In this document: one piece after another, positions 37,226 to 48,002 of the stretch | Position numbering within the stretch: the first letter of the stretch is position 1 | How the letters are laid out: every line of letters starts with the position of its first letter | Program-made: the position numbers and the translations under genes | Assembly: GCA_002633005.1 (NCBI GenBank) | Contig: NMRA01000299.1 | Span: forward strand, 479,108 to 543,107 | Reading direction: 5' to 3' | DNA from: Phoronis australis | Taxonomy: Eukaryota > Animalia > Phoronida | DNA: 64,000 nt | The notes under the pieces: model-generated | The model's database searches: none | Told to the model about the DNA's origin: nothing | What the model saw: the letters and a program-made list of their open reading frames with translations, nothing else

Positions 37226-38135
37226 TTTTAGGCACAGGCGTCCTCAGCTTCTGATCGTCCCCAATACACTACATATAATACTAAAGGTATGACACTCCAG
37301 ACTAGAAATTCCACGGGTGCTTCACTTCAGCCGTCCATAGCAAACATAAAACTCAATAAATTTACACAAAACAGAGGTTCAACAAACCATGAAGAAATTG
37401 CCGGTGAGTTACAGAAGTTCTCAATAGTTTTTCTACTGGCGGCTTAGGCAATGACCATCGCCTCTGTTGGCCCGAAGCAGAGGCGATGTAGAGGCTATAA
37501 GCGCTCTGTACGCCGGAAGCTTTTCGGCGAATTATGCCTCGCACCGACTAAACCATCAAAGTCACGTTGTTACAAATACCTTTTGCGCATAGAGGAACAC
37601 CTTAGGAGGTTGTCGATGTGTTTAATTCCTTCCAACTCGAACAAATACTCCCGTTATGAANNNNNNNNNNNNNNNNNNNNNNNNNNNNNNNNNNNNNNNN
37701 NNNNNNNNNNNNNNNNNNNNNNNNNNNNNNNNNNNNNNNNNNNNNNNNNNNNNNNNNNNNNNNNNNNNNNNNNNNNNNNNNNNNNNNNNNNNNNNNNNNN
37801 NNNNNNNNNNNNNNNNNNNNNNNNNNNNNNNNNNNNNNNNNNNNNNNNNNNNNNNNNNNNNNNNNNNNNNNNNNNNNNNNNNNNNNNNNNNNNNNNNNNN
37901 NNNNNNNNNNNNNNNNNNNNNNNNNNNNNNNNNNNNNNNNNNNNNNNNNNNNNNNNNNNNNNNNNNNNNNNNNNNNNNNNNNNNNNNNNNNNNNNNNNNN
38001 NNNNNNNNNNNNNNNNNNNNNNNNNNNNNNNNNNNNNNNNNNNNNNNNNNNNNNNNNNNNNNNNNNNNNNNNNNNNNNNNNNNNNNNNNNNNNNNNNNNN
38101 NNNNNNNNNNNNNNNNNNNNNNNNNNNNNNNNNNC

Positions 38136-38228
38136 TGGTTTAACATCCATTATGACGAAGATGAGGCTGTGTACACCTTTCGGCTGATGGACGACTTCAG
38201 TCAAGGAGATCTCGAAGTGCTAGAATAA
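38136..38228 (+). CDS. C-terminal fragment of a transposon protein with a Spindlin (Spin/Ssty) Tudor-like repeat
   Basis: WFNIHYDEDEAVYTFRLMDDFSQGDLEVLE* aligns without gaps to Spindlin1 domain 2 as I recall it ([29 protein letters not shown]). The upstream part lies in the N gap. Confidence 0.7.
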   Translation, partial: WFNIHYDEDEAVYTFRLMDDFSQGDLEVLE

Positions 38229-38242
38229 CTCCATGTTGTAAA

Positions 38243-38543
38243 TAGGTACTCCACTGACTTACAATAGTCTGTGAAAGGGTTTGGCCTCCCTTCCTTGAGG
38301 ATGCCACAAGTCTGCATAAGGTACTCCACTGACTTTGTCAGTGAAAGGGTTTGGCCCCCCTTCCTTGAGGATGCCACAAGTCTCTAAGGTACTCCACTGA
38401 CTTTGTCAGTGAAAGGGTTTGGCCCCCCTTCCTTGAGGATGCCACAAGTCTGTGTAAGGTGCTCTACTGACTGTCTCTTTACTTGAAGGTACTCCACTGT
38501 CAATTTTCAGTGAAAGGGTTTGGCCCCCCTTCCTTGAGGATGC
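38243..38543 (+). repeat. ~70-bp minisatellite, about 4 copies, inside the TIR element
   Basis: Units of AGGTACTCCACTGACTTTGTCAGTGAAAGGGTTTGGCCCCCCTTCCTTGAGGATGCCACAAGTC. Confidence 0.9.
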
Positions 38544-39893
38544 TTTGAGAACTTTATTTATTTGTCCATCATACATTCCTTTTTGTGTTCATATCACTTA
38601 AGACAACTTTATAAATATGGCAGTTGTTGATACAGCGTGAACATTCCTGGATGGCTCAAGACAGGGTCTTCATTTTATTGCATTTATGTGGAAAGTTTAT
38701 GTTAAAGTTGTATTTATTTTTGTCTTCAGAAGCTTGTATTAAACTATTCAATTGATCATACTTGTCATCAATACATTATTTAAATGTTAATCTTTAATTT
38801 TTATTTAATGTAGTTGATTTTGACAAAGTTATGTCGGTCACAAACTGCATGTTAACAAAAAATCACAAAATAATATCAGTAATTTGCTCAACCAATTATC
38901 AAATTTTAAATTTCCTGATGAAAAATCTCTTTAAAATGACACCTTATTTGACTTTTTCCTTGCGTAATTCTTATTTTATGCCAATTTGAAATAGCAAAAT
39001 TGTACGTTGTGACTTTTCTTTGTCGGCTGGGTTCACTTTAAGGTCAATATCTTTGCACAGCAATGTCCAATCAAAATGATTTTTATGGCAAATTATTTAT
39101 CATAAAAAGTTGTTTAAAATGATGTATCACATGTTTTTCTATGTTACTTAGTTTTGAATTCATAATATTTTAAAATCACAAATTCTATTTGACAGAATTT
39201 TTACCAAAAATTTTGACACGAAAATGACGTTTTCTCTGGAACCATAAGTCCAATTTAAAAAATTTTTCAACCGTTCTCTTAGTCTCGTAGAGAGCTTTCT
39301 AATGATGTATATTACATGCACATTTTCTAAATTTTTAAAAAAATGCTGTTCTCCCTACAAGTAATACATTTTTGGAATCACCATGATCACCCTGACGAGA
39401 GGATCCAGAAAATGTTATTATCAAGTATGTATGTTAATGGAGTCGGATTGTAAACAATAACCGGGGCTTTTTGTGAACATTTTTGTTCTTTGACTGCGAA
39501 TTTCTTACGAAGTCGCCGGAACAGGACACCGTGAATGGTATTGGCCATTGGGAGAAAGAACAATTCTTCATAGTTTGTTGAACCTCTGTTTTGTGTAAAT
39601 TTATTGAGTTTTATATTTGCTATGGACGGCTGAAGTGAAGCACCCGTGGAATTTCTAGTCGGGAGTGTCATACCTTGTAGTATTATATGTAGTGTATTGG
39701 GGACGATCAGAAACTGAAGACGCCTGTGGTTTTAGTTGGTGGAAGAAAGGGCAATGGCGGTGTAAGGCTGGTCACTTTTCACTGTTTTGGTTCCAGTTTA
39801 GGAACCAGTCATTGAATAAGGAATTGGGCCACCAAACGGGATTATTGCCGTATCATTAACATTAAGACAGTCCAGTAAACAAAGTAATCTCAC

Positions 39894-40370
39894 CTGAAAG
39901 CTCTGTTTATAGTCTTCGAAGGTACAGGTCAGCAAAAATCCACACTTAGCTGACTGAACTTTGAAACAAACAGTTTCGTGTGCAATATATAAATAGGTCA
40001 CGTGAACAATTCGTGTCAGAGAAGTGATAAGTTGGTATTTGCGCCGTCTATCGGGCATGATAATCAGGCGTGCGTTCGGTAACGCTAGGACCTGGCTAAA
40101 ATCTAGACAAAGTCACGTGTTCTCGTTTGAAATACACGGCAATATTTCACGTAACCTCGCGAAGTCTTGCTTTTTAGCGAGGCCCTAGCGTTACTGAACG
40201 GGAAGCAGGTTTTGTGCTGTGCTAAACGGACGAGGAGCATGACGCATTTTGCACTGGTCTTCCTTTCTCTCGCTCTTTCTCTTTCTCTCTCCCTACCCCC
40301 ACTTTCCCCCTTCTCTAGGAAAATTAGTCTCATTTGATTTGTATACTCAAAGCAGAGGTACGTGATTCCT
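39894..40370 (-). promoter_or_regulatory. Probable non-coding first exon (ends at 39894) and promoter of the MDR gene
   Basis: Strong donor TTTCAG|gtgaga at 39894. TATA-like TTTATATATT (~39984-39993) lies upstream of TCAGT Inr-like sequence (~39955). CACGTG E-boxes at 39999 and 40114. Splicing to the 28585 acceptor places an in-frame TAA before the ATG. Confidence 0.5.
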
Positions 40371-41529
40371 GGCCTTGTGGAAAGACAATTTGAAAAAATG
40401 GAATTTCGCGTCATTTTTACGTAGGCCTACAATTAATTTTTTCAAATTATCATTTAATAGGGAAGATATATTATGATGCGCAAATTTAACCATTCTTATT
40501 GTTTTTAACATGGTTTTTGGCAATTTGCGTGCTTTTATCACTTTCAGCAATTTTCTCAAATTTTGAACCGCTTTTTACACTGACAGAAAAAATGATTCTT
40601 TGGTGTCGTAAGAAAAAAGTATACTTTAAAGTACAATCATCGTGATCATGAAAATGTGGAAATTTGTTGAGCAACAGAACAACTTTTAGATAACACCTAC
40701 ATTTTTGAGCATGCTCACTCGTTCTGTTGACCTGCAATGCTGAGCATTTTCATTAATATTACTGAACCAATCATTGTTGGACGCCGCTAAAAAGATATAC
40801 TGTTTTCGTTTAGCTATGCTCAGTTGTGTCATGTCGTATTTGCCTGATTTCAGACAACTCTCTACATTGCATGGTATTATGTTCTAGGTTAGATAGCTAC
40901 CGAATCATCGAACCTTGAGTGTGAGGTTTACTTCATCTCACACATTCCAGGCTTGGCCTGAGAATTATTTCAGGGGCTCATTAAATCCTTATCGGCTGAA
41001 TCAATCTAACTGAAACTTCATGGCAGGTCTGCCAGTGAGGTCTGCTATGCATAGCTAGGGAACTACTTTCAAACTAAAGCTATCACACTTACCAGATTAC
41101 TTTGATGGTATTTGACAATCTGACCATTTTCACTTCACTGTGATTTAAGCCGACTCCGAATTGCTTATTTGTGTTAAAACAAAATCACGTCTACCGCAAT
41201 TTTCCAATTTTTAGCTAATGCTCACAAGTTACAGTTCCTGGTGAAACTGGACAGATTTAAAATTTATGAAATTGCAAATAATGTCGTACGCTTGTGTCTA
41301 AGTCCGACAAACTCTTCTGAAGCTCTGATCTAAACACTACAATTTTCGATTGATATCATAGAGACAGAGTTTTATTTTATATTTACTCATATATATGTGT
41401 TCGTGATGCCACTTACACTGGGCGATCTATTGTATCAACTACCATCCGATGAAAGACACTTGTGTAGACACTACGAAAGTTTGTTGTACAAACTAATTAA
41501 AGCAAAGAACAGCTTACTTTTCAATGCAA

Positions 41530-41569
41530 CATATACATATACATATACATATATATATATATATATATA
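41530..41569. repeat. (CATATA)n(TA)n microsatellite at the truncated 3' end of the Gypsy element
   Basis: Visible directly. Confidence 0.85.
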
Positions 41570-41589
41570 ATCTACTGCCGTATCCGCCC

Positions 41590-44500
41590 GTAAAGTGCTC
41601 CCTGACTTACAGTCTCTGCACCGACGTTACATTTTCCAGGGATATCCTCCACATGAAATTTATAATTCTGCAGCGCTATAGCCCTTCGCATAACCCTGGG
41701 ACTTTCAATCTTATAACGCTGAATATATACCAGTGGTTTGTGGTCTGTTTGCACCATGAATTTTGTCACATAGAGATTAAACTGAAAACGTTTAACAGGA
41801 AACACTATTGCTAAACACTCTTTCTCTTCTGTAAAGTCATGCAGCTCGCTCTCTTTAAATTTCCGGCTGGCATATGCAATAGGGAATATCCCATCGTCAA
41901 ACTCCTGCAGTAAGACTGCCCCAAAACCATCGTTTGACGCGTCCGTCCTGACAATAAATCTCTGGCCGAAGTCACGTACTCGTAGGATCGGGCTACTTCC
42001 AAGCGCTTGCTTTAGCTTCCTGAATGCCTGGTCATGAATATCGCTCCACACTACTTTCTTTGGTTGGCCCTTCTTCAGCAAATCCGTCAACGATGTGGCT
42101 ATCTGTGCATAGTTGGGCACAAACTTTCGATAGTACCCTGTAAGTCCTAGGAATAACCGTACCTCAGTTTTTGCAGATGGTGATGGTGCATCCTGGATCT
42201 TCATTAGCGTTTGGTCATCCATAGCTATCTGGTTCGTTCCAACCTGATGTCCAAGGAACTCCACCTCTGGATATCCGATACTGCACTTTGACGGTTTTAC
42301 TGTCAAGCCTGCTTGCTTTACCCTCTGAAACAAGTCCCTAAGGGATAGCGATGTTCCTCCCAGGTGACAGTGTGGAATAGCACATCGTCGACATACTGCT
42401 CGATATTACCTGAGCCTGCTAGCATTCTTTTCTTCATCGTGTTGAACGTGGCCGCTGAATTCACCAAGCCAAACGGCATTCTGCAGAATTGGCAACAGCC
42501 TCCTGCAGCCACAAATGCGGTTTTCTCTTTACTAGCTTCATCCATGGGAATTTGCCAGTAGCCCTTCGTGAAGTCGTACTTCGAGAAGAAACGTTGACCA
42601 TGCAGATTAGCCATGATAGCTTCTGGGTTACCCATGGACTCGTTGTCAGACTTGGTCACTGCATTCAGCCGTCTGTAGTCAACACAGAACCTTGTGGTGC
42701 CGTCCTTTTTAGCCACCAATACTACAGGAGAGCTGTAAACTGAAGTCGAAGGATCAATGATATTCATCTTTAACATCTCCTGCACTTCCTTCTTCACTAG
42801 GTCCTGAGTGGTATGTGGCATCTGACGTGGTCTCACTCTCACTGGTTGTTCTGTTGTTAACTCGATGACGTGGCTGGCCAAATCGGTCTCTCCAGGCTGA
42901 TTGGTGAAGATACCACGGTAGCAACGTAGGAGCTGTAGTGCCTGTTCATGCTGCTCTGACGTCAAGGTATCACACAGCTTTACATCCTTATAGGTCTCGT
43001 TGTGCACCTCTGGCCGAAGCTCTAAACCGCCTTCATCAAGAAGGGTCGCTTCGTCAGTCACACACTCTTCAATCAACATTGCGCCGATCGCTTCATCTTT
43101 GACTGTGATGTTGTCAGTCTCGCGTTCGTGATACGCCTTCAACAGATTGGCATGGAAGATCTTAATCTTGCTGTTCATGTTGATGCGGTAGTCTATACGG
43201 TTGACTTTTTCTGTAACTTCGTATGGCCTCTTCCATTGCAGAGTAAGCTCATTGTGGTCTGTGGGAAGTGATACTAACACTCTTTGTCCCACTTGAAACT
43301 GCCTATCTCTGGTCCTCTTGTCGTAGTAATGCTTGTGAATACCTTGTGCACTGTACAAACTTTTTCTAGCCAACTCGCAGGTCTCCTCTAACCGGTTCCT
43401 GAGCTCGAAGACATACTGGTAAGTATTACGGACGTCGTTGCTGTCTTCCCCTGTCCAGAGTTAGCTCAGCATTTGCATCGGGCCTTTTAATGTCCTGCCG
43501 TATAACAACTCAAATGGTGAAAATCTTGTGCTTGATTGCGGGACTTCTCGGTAAGCAAACAGGACAGCTGGCAGATACCGGTCCCATTCCTTTGGTGTTT
43601 CTTGACACATTTTCTTCAGCATGGCCTTTAGAACCCCGCTGATTTTCTCACAGAGCCCGTTACAGCGTGGATTGTAAGGGGTTGTGTACAGCTGCTTTGC
43701 ACTCACAAGCCTGCTGACCTCCTTCATCAGTTCCGCTGTGAACTGCGTACCACGATCACTCAGGATCTCTCGCGGGAACCCTACTCTACTGAAGACTTCT
43801 AATAATGCTTCAGCCACACGCTCCCTCTCAATCTTCGATAGCGCCGCTGCTTCTGGATACCTGGTAGCGAAATTTACCACCGTGAGAATGTATCTGTTTC
43901 CCTTGTCGGAAACTGGAGCTATAGGGTCAATCAGATCGATCGCGATCCTTTTGAAAGGCTCCTCAAGGCACCTCTCCCAGGGATACCTTGGTCACTCGAC
44001 CTTTTGGAATGGTCTTCTGACAGATGTCGCATGATCTGCAGAATCTGGTCACTTCTGATGCCACTCCTGGCCAATAGAAATTGCTGGTGACACGGTCAAT
44101 TGTCTTCCTAACACCGAGGTGTCCACCGAGTATAGACTCATGAGCAAGCCTCATCACGGACTTCCGTAAACTACTCGGGACGACAACTTGTTTCACCTCG
44201 TCACCGTCTTTCTTTTTCAATATCCGATAGAGTATCCTCGTTGAACCTCCATCACGTATGACCCTTTGCCTTTGGTCTGTCGCTTAACCTTGGCTTCAGC
44301 TTGCTCCCACAGGTTTTTCATTTATGAATTTTTATGCTGGGCTTCTTTGAACTGCTTTAGTCCCACTTCTTGTATGGTCGGAGATACAGCTAAAGGTTTA
44401 ATGTCCGATTTTTGTCGCTCTGCCTGAGCCCTGGTAGTCACTGCTACCGCTTCCCTGCTGGATTCATCAGGATCTGTTCCTACCGACGTGTCGGCCACCT

Positions 44501-45190
44501 CTTCTTCCTCTAGAGTTGAGGTCACTGGGTTCTTCTCTTGGGAAGTCTTACCCTTTTGAGAGTCATCTTTCGGACCCTCCACAAGGCTGTATTGTCCTCG
44601 TTGACAGTAGTTTCCCTCCGCTGTAGCTCAACATCCCCTGAGTCCAAGGCGCCAGGTACGTCCCCGATAATCAAATCGGCCACTGGACGCTCCATACACA
44701 TCGCAAACATTTCCCCTGTGTAGTACGGTATCATTATGTTGATCTTTGCGACAGGTAGCCATCTCTTGGTAGAGTCCGCCAACTTGCATGACTACTTCCG
44801 GCACGTCATATCCTCTGGTTCGACTAGAGTGGATCGAACCACAATGGTTGTGCAGCCTGTGTGTCTAAACACTGAGACCTTCTTTATGCCAACATACCCC
44901 TCCTTCAGACGCAGCTTTCCTTTGAAGGCGCGTTCAGGGTTAGCATGCTTCACCGAATCCTTACTCTGATAACCTCGGTGGCTGAACGCTGCTGACTTTT
45001 GGAGTTGCTTCCCCTGCAGATCCATTTCTTGTCAGAGGGCCAATAACTCCTTAGTTGAGATCTTGTCTCCATAGTGAGTTGCTAATTCCAACAGTCCACT
45101 TTATCACACCTTGTTACCGTCAGTAAGCTCCTGGCGTGCTCGCCAATTGTCACGTTTTTCCCCGTGTTTGGGTGGGCGCAGGTTGTTACA
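41590..45190 (-). mobile_element. Degenerate Ty3/Gypsy LTR retrotransposon of Gmr1 type (PR-IN-RT-RH); gag and 3' LTR missing
   Basis: Minus-strand order: protease-like HTGCTTIVV (44792-45025), IN zinc finger AHESILGGHLG..C..C (43963-44220), IN core ILSDRGTQF..YNPRCNGLCE (43461-43880), RT RFCVDYRRLN..KGYWQ..MPFGLVNS..YVDD (42318-43373), RNase H RTDASN..EKECLAI..TDHKPL (41572-42333). Frameshifts separate the fragments. Confidence 0.93.
45128..45145 (-). other. Primer binding site, probably tRNA-Arg(ACG)
   Basis: TGGCGAGCACGCCAGGAG lies 2 nt after an LTR-like CA end. It resembles the complement of the tRNA-Arg(ACG) 3' end (TGGCGAGCCAGCCAGGAG in vertebrates). Confidence 0.75.
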
Positions 45191-45946
45191 GACCGGTGCT
45201 AATAGCTTTCGGTGCGAAGACTGACTGAAGACTGGTTCGAGTTAATCCTTTATTAACTGACCTATCGCAAGCTCCGCCCCTATGCGAAAAGTCACGTGAT
45301 ACCCGACAATCGAACGACATGTCAGAGACAGATACACTGTCGCTATACGACGTTCCTGGTGGAATCGATGAGTGTTTTTGCACTATTTGAAAACGCTTCG
45401 ACAGAGACAAGAGGTGATGATTTTCAACAGAGAATCATACGTTCATGATATGGGAATTTGTAAAGGTGACGATGAAAAAATAAGTGCTCGAGGAGCCAGC
45501 GAAAATCCGAAGAACCCCTCGGCCTCGGGGCCACCTTCACCTAACAAATGACAAGGCCCGCTGATACGATATGTTCATGTAAAGCAGGGTATGTACCTTA
45601 AAGTCGAATTATCTGTACGATTCCATAGATTTCATGATCTTTCGAATAAAATCAGTGTAGATTCACCGATATTTTTATTCTGTCGTCTGCTAAATTTCGC
45701 CAAATGAAAAGTAGGTCACAACTGGTGGGACTCCAAAGTAGGTTAAAGATTACAGACCACACATGCACTATAGTCTCTGACTAGGTCGACTCCATAGCAC
45801 TGTTTACGCTTTTCTAATATTGTAACGAAATATTTTGATTAAAAAATTCAGGTTCATAGCTCAGGTACACACTCATCTCGTCCTAGGCAAACAGTTAGCT
45901 CCGGTAGGTTTAGGGCTGTGTCTAAGTCAAATTAATGTCTGGAATT

Positions 45947-46282
45947 CAGTGGCGGATCTAGGATACCACAGGGGGGCCCAACATATGTTGCTTCGTGGAA
46001 TTGGGCAAAGTGCGATTGTATGTGCACAGGCGGCCCGAAAGTTGCAGGGGCCAGGGATGAAGACCGTTGGACCTTCTGTTCAGAAAATCTATCGATGGAC
46101 TAAAAAAACACTGAGAAACACGATTCCGCCGAGATCTGGGGTCTGAGCCCCCCTCTTCCACTGCCGGTCCTAGTTACTGAACTCAGTATTTCCTCACACT
46201 TCACGCTCTTGCTGTTTCACTTTGCTTGCGGCAGCCAAGGGGGGGGGGGGCTGGGGCCCCTCCCCTCCTAAATCCGGCAATG
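45947..46282. mobile_element. MITE with imperfect TIRs CAGTGGCGGATCTAG / CTAAATCCGGCAATG
   Basis: 12/15 TIR match, G/C runs near the ends, GAATT directly repeated on both flanks. Confidence 0.65.
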
Positions 46283-47434
46283 GAATTGTCTGTTTGCACC
46301 ATTAAGACATTTAAATTAGGCCTACCTTCTTATGAACTTGGCATTTTTTGTAGTTTCATTCCATAAAGGTAGCTTTCATTTAATTTTGAAGGTAGCATGA
46401 TCACTAAGTCGTGGTATGGTTACAAAAGATTACAACTCTGGTGTGGTAGTTGCAAAAATAGGGTATTTACAAAAATAACTCAAATTCTTTTTTAAAACTT
46501 CATAAATCTAAATATCATGTTTGAAGAACTTCAAAATGAGCTCTATCTAACTCCGAGTCTACAGACATAGTGTATATTAGAGGTAAACGTCAATAAGTGA
46601 TTCAACAGTTTATTTTTATTGACAACAGCTCGACCAAGGCTTTGAGTTCCGGCAGTAATCCAGTGCCCTTTCCTGTGCCGATCGAATCTCTGAATTTTGA
46701 CCGGAGAGAAGCTCAGTTGAACGCCAGCCTACGGTTTATGAATAACAAAAATGTACCTCTGATACGAAACAAAACAATGTCCATTAGAATGAAATAATAA
46801 AAAAATAATATAAAAATGTCCTTGAAAACAGCAATTTCCGGGGACTACCGCTAGAGTGCTGCGATTCAGCAGGTGCCGAGACAAAGGCGGCCAGACTTAG
46901 GAAACTCGGGAGTCAAAATCTGAGATAGCCCTGCACCGTAGCCACCAAGCTGAAAAGTGCGTATCTTGGAACTAATATATTTGTTTTTAGTATAGCCTTC
47001 GAGTTATCAAGCAACATCGCTAAGTTCAGCTGCTCGTGTGGCCGTACAGTTTGATCCATAGTTTACGCTTTTCAATATCATTTTTCGGCTTAGGACATGC
47101 CAAAAAATGACGGGATATTATTCTGGAGCAGCATAACGGCTGTCGGTGCTACACACGCCATATCAACACCGTTTCTCCATTCTTAGGGAACAATTTCTTG
47201 AGCTATAGACTAAAGTAAGCTTTACTCGATTACGCGTGGTTTGTCGGGTAAAATGACGGCTTGGAAACGCAGACGAAGGTGTGCCAAGAATGCTGCGTTC
47301 TGATTGGTCAATTAAGCCGTCCGTCATAATCCTGGCGATAGGTCAATTCCGACCGTACGTTCACAAGCCTACTCAAACAAAACGTCCGACGTAATGTCTG
47401 TTTATGCTCCAGCCAATGCTGCAAAGCCTTGACT

Positions 47435-47912
47435 TGTGATGAACGTCTGAGACACGTTCAGCAACTGTTACACTCGTCGATTCAATAACCTGTTCTCTCT
47501 ATAGCGGGCTCTCTATTGACTATCGCTGTAACTGCTGATTCTCTTCACTGCAACTCAACTGTAGTTCTCCTGATTAACTTTCTTGAACTTCTGATGAACG
47601 GACTTGATCTTCTCTTGAACTGACTTGATCTGACTAACACAATCCGGTGCTAGTGTACTGATAACCTAATGCATTGTTCTAGTTCTAGAACTTTTCATCA
47701 ATTTAAGCACATTCTAGAACTTTCCTGAATCTACCTAATCATTCTACAAACATGAACTAGTCTCTAGAATAGTCCAGACTGCATTAATCACTGTCATGCT
47801 AGAATCTTCTAGAAAAATCCACAATATAATGTACTAAACAAATTACATCATCACTACTGAACTCAGTCTACTAGAAAGTTCCATACTATTCTACAGTAAA
47901 GAAATTACATCA
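47435..47912 (-). mobile_element. Possible solo LTR
   Basis: TG...CA bounded ~480-bp segment (TGATGTAA...CATCACA on the minus strand) with repeated TTCTAGAA motifs, as seen in invertebrate Gypsy LTRs. No TSD found. Confidence 0.4.
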
Positions 47913-48002
47913 TCATTGTACTTAACTCAGGGGTCATGCCAATCAAACTGAATAACAAAACAAAACAATACAACTAATAATACTGTCAGACTATATTCTG
48001 AC

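Larger units (their letters stand above)
37233..39728 (+). mobile_element. DNA transposon with ~165-bp TIRs (CACAGGCGTC...) and a probable 8-bp TSD; contains an assembly gap and a Spin/Ssty-like coding fragment
   Basis: 37233-37400 is a near-perfect reverse complement of 39561-39728. Flanks are GTTTTAGG / GTTTTAGT. Confidence 0.9.

Noticed and set aside
37233-37260. RAG-like/Transib transposon, because the TIR begins CACAG like an RSS heptamer
   Set aside because: The flanks fit a 7-8 bp duplication rather than the 5-bp TSD of Transib/RAG-like elements, and no nonamer or RAG1-like sequence is visible.
37451-38204. Long ORFs spanning N runs (also at 58.2, 60.6 and 62.8 kb)
   Set aside because: Artefacts of assembly gaps. 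Only 38136-38228 has recognisable coding signal.
38243-38543. CRISPR-like array of repeats with a hairpin
   Set aside because: The units are contiguous with no unique spacers, there are no cas genes, and the context is eukaryotic.
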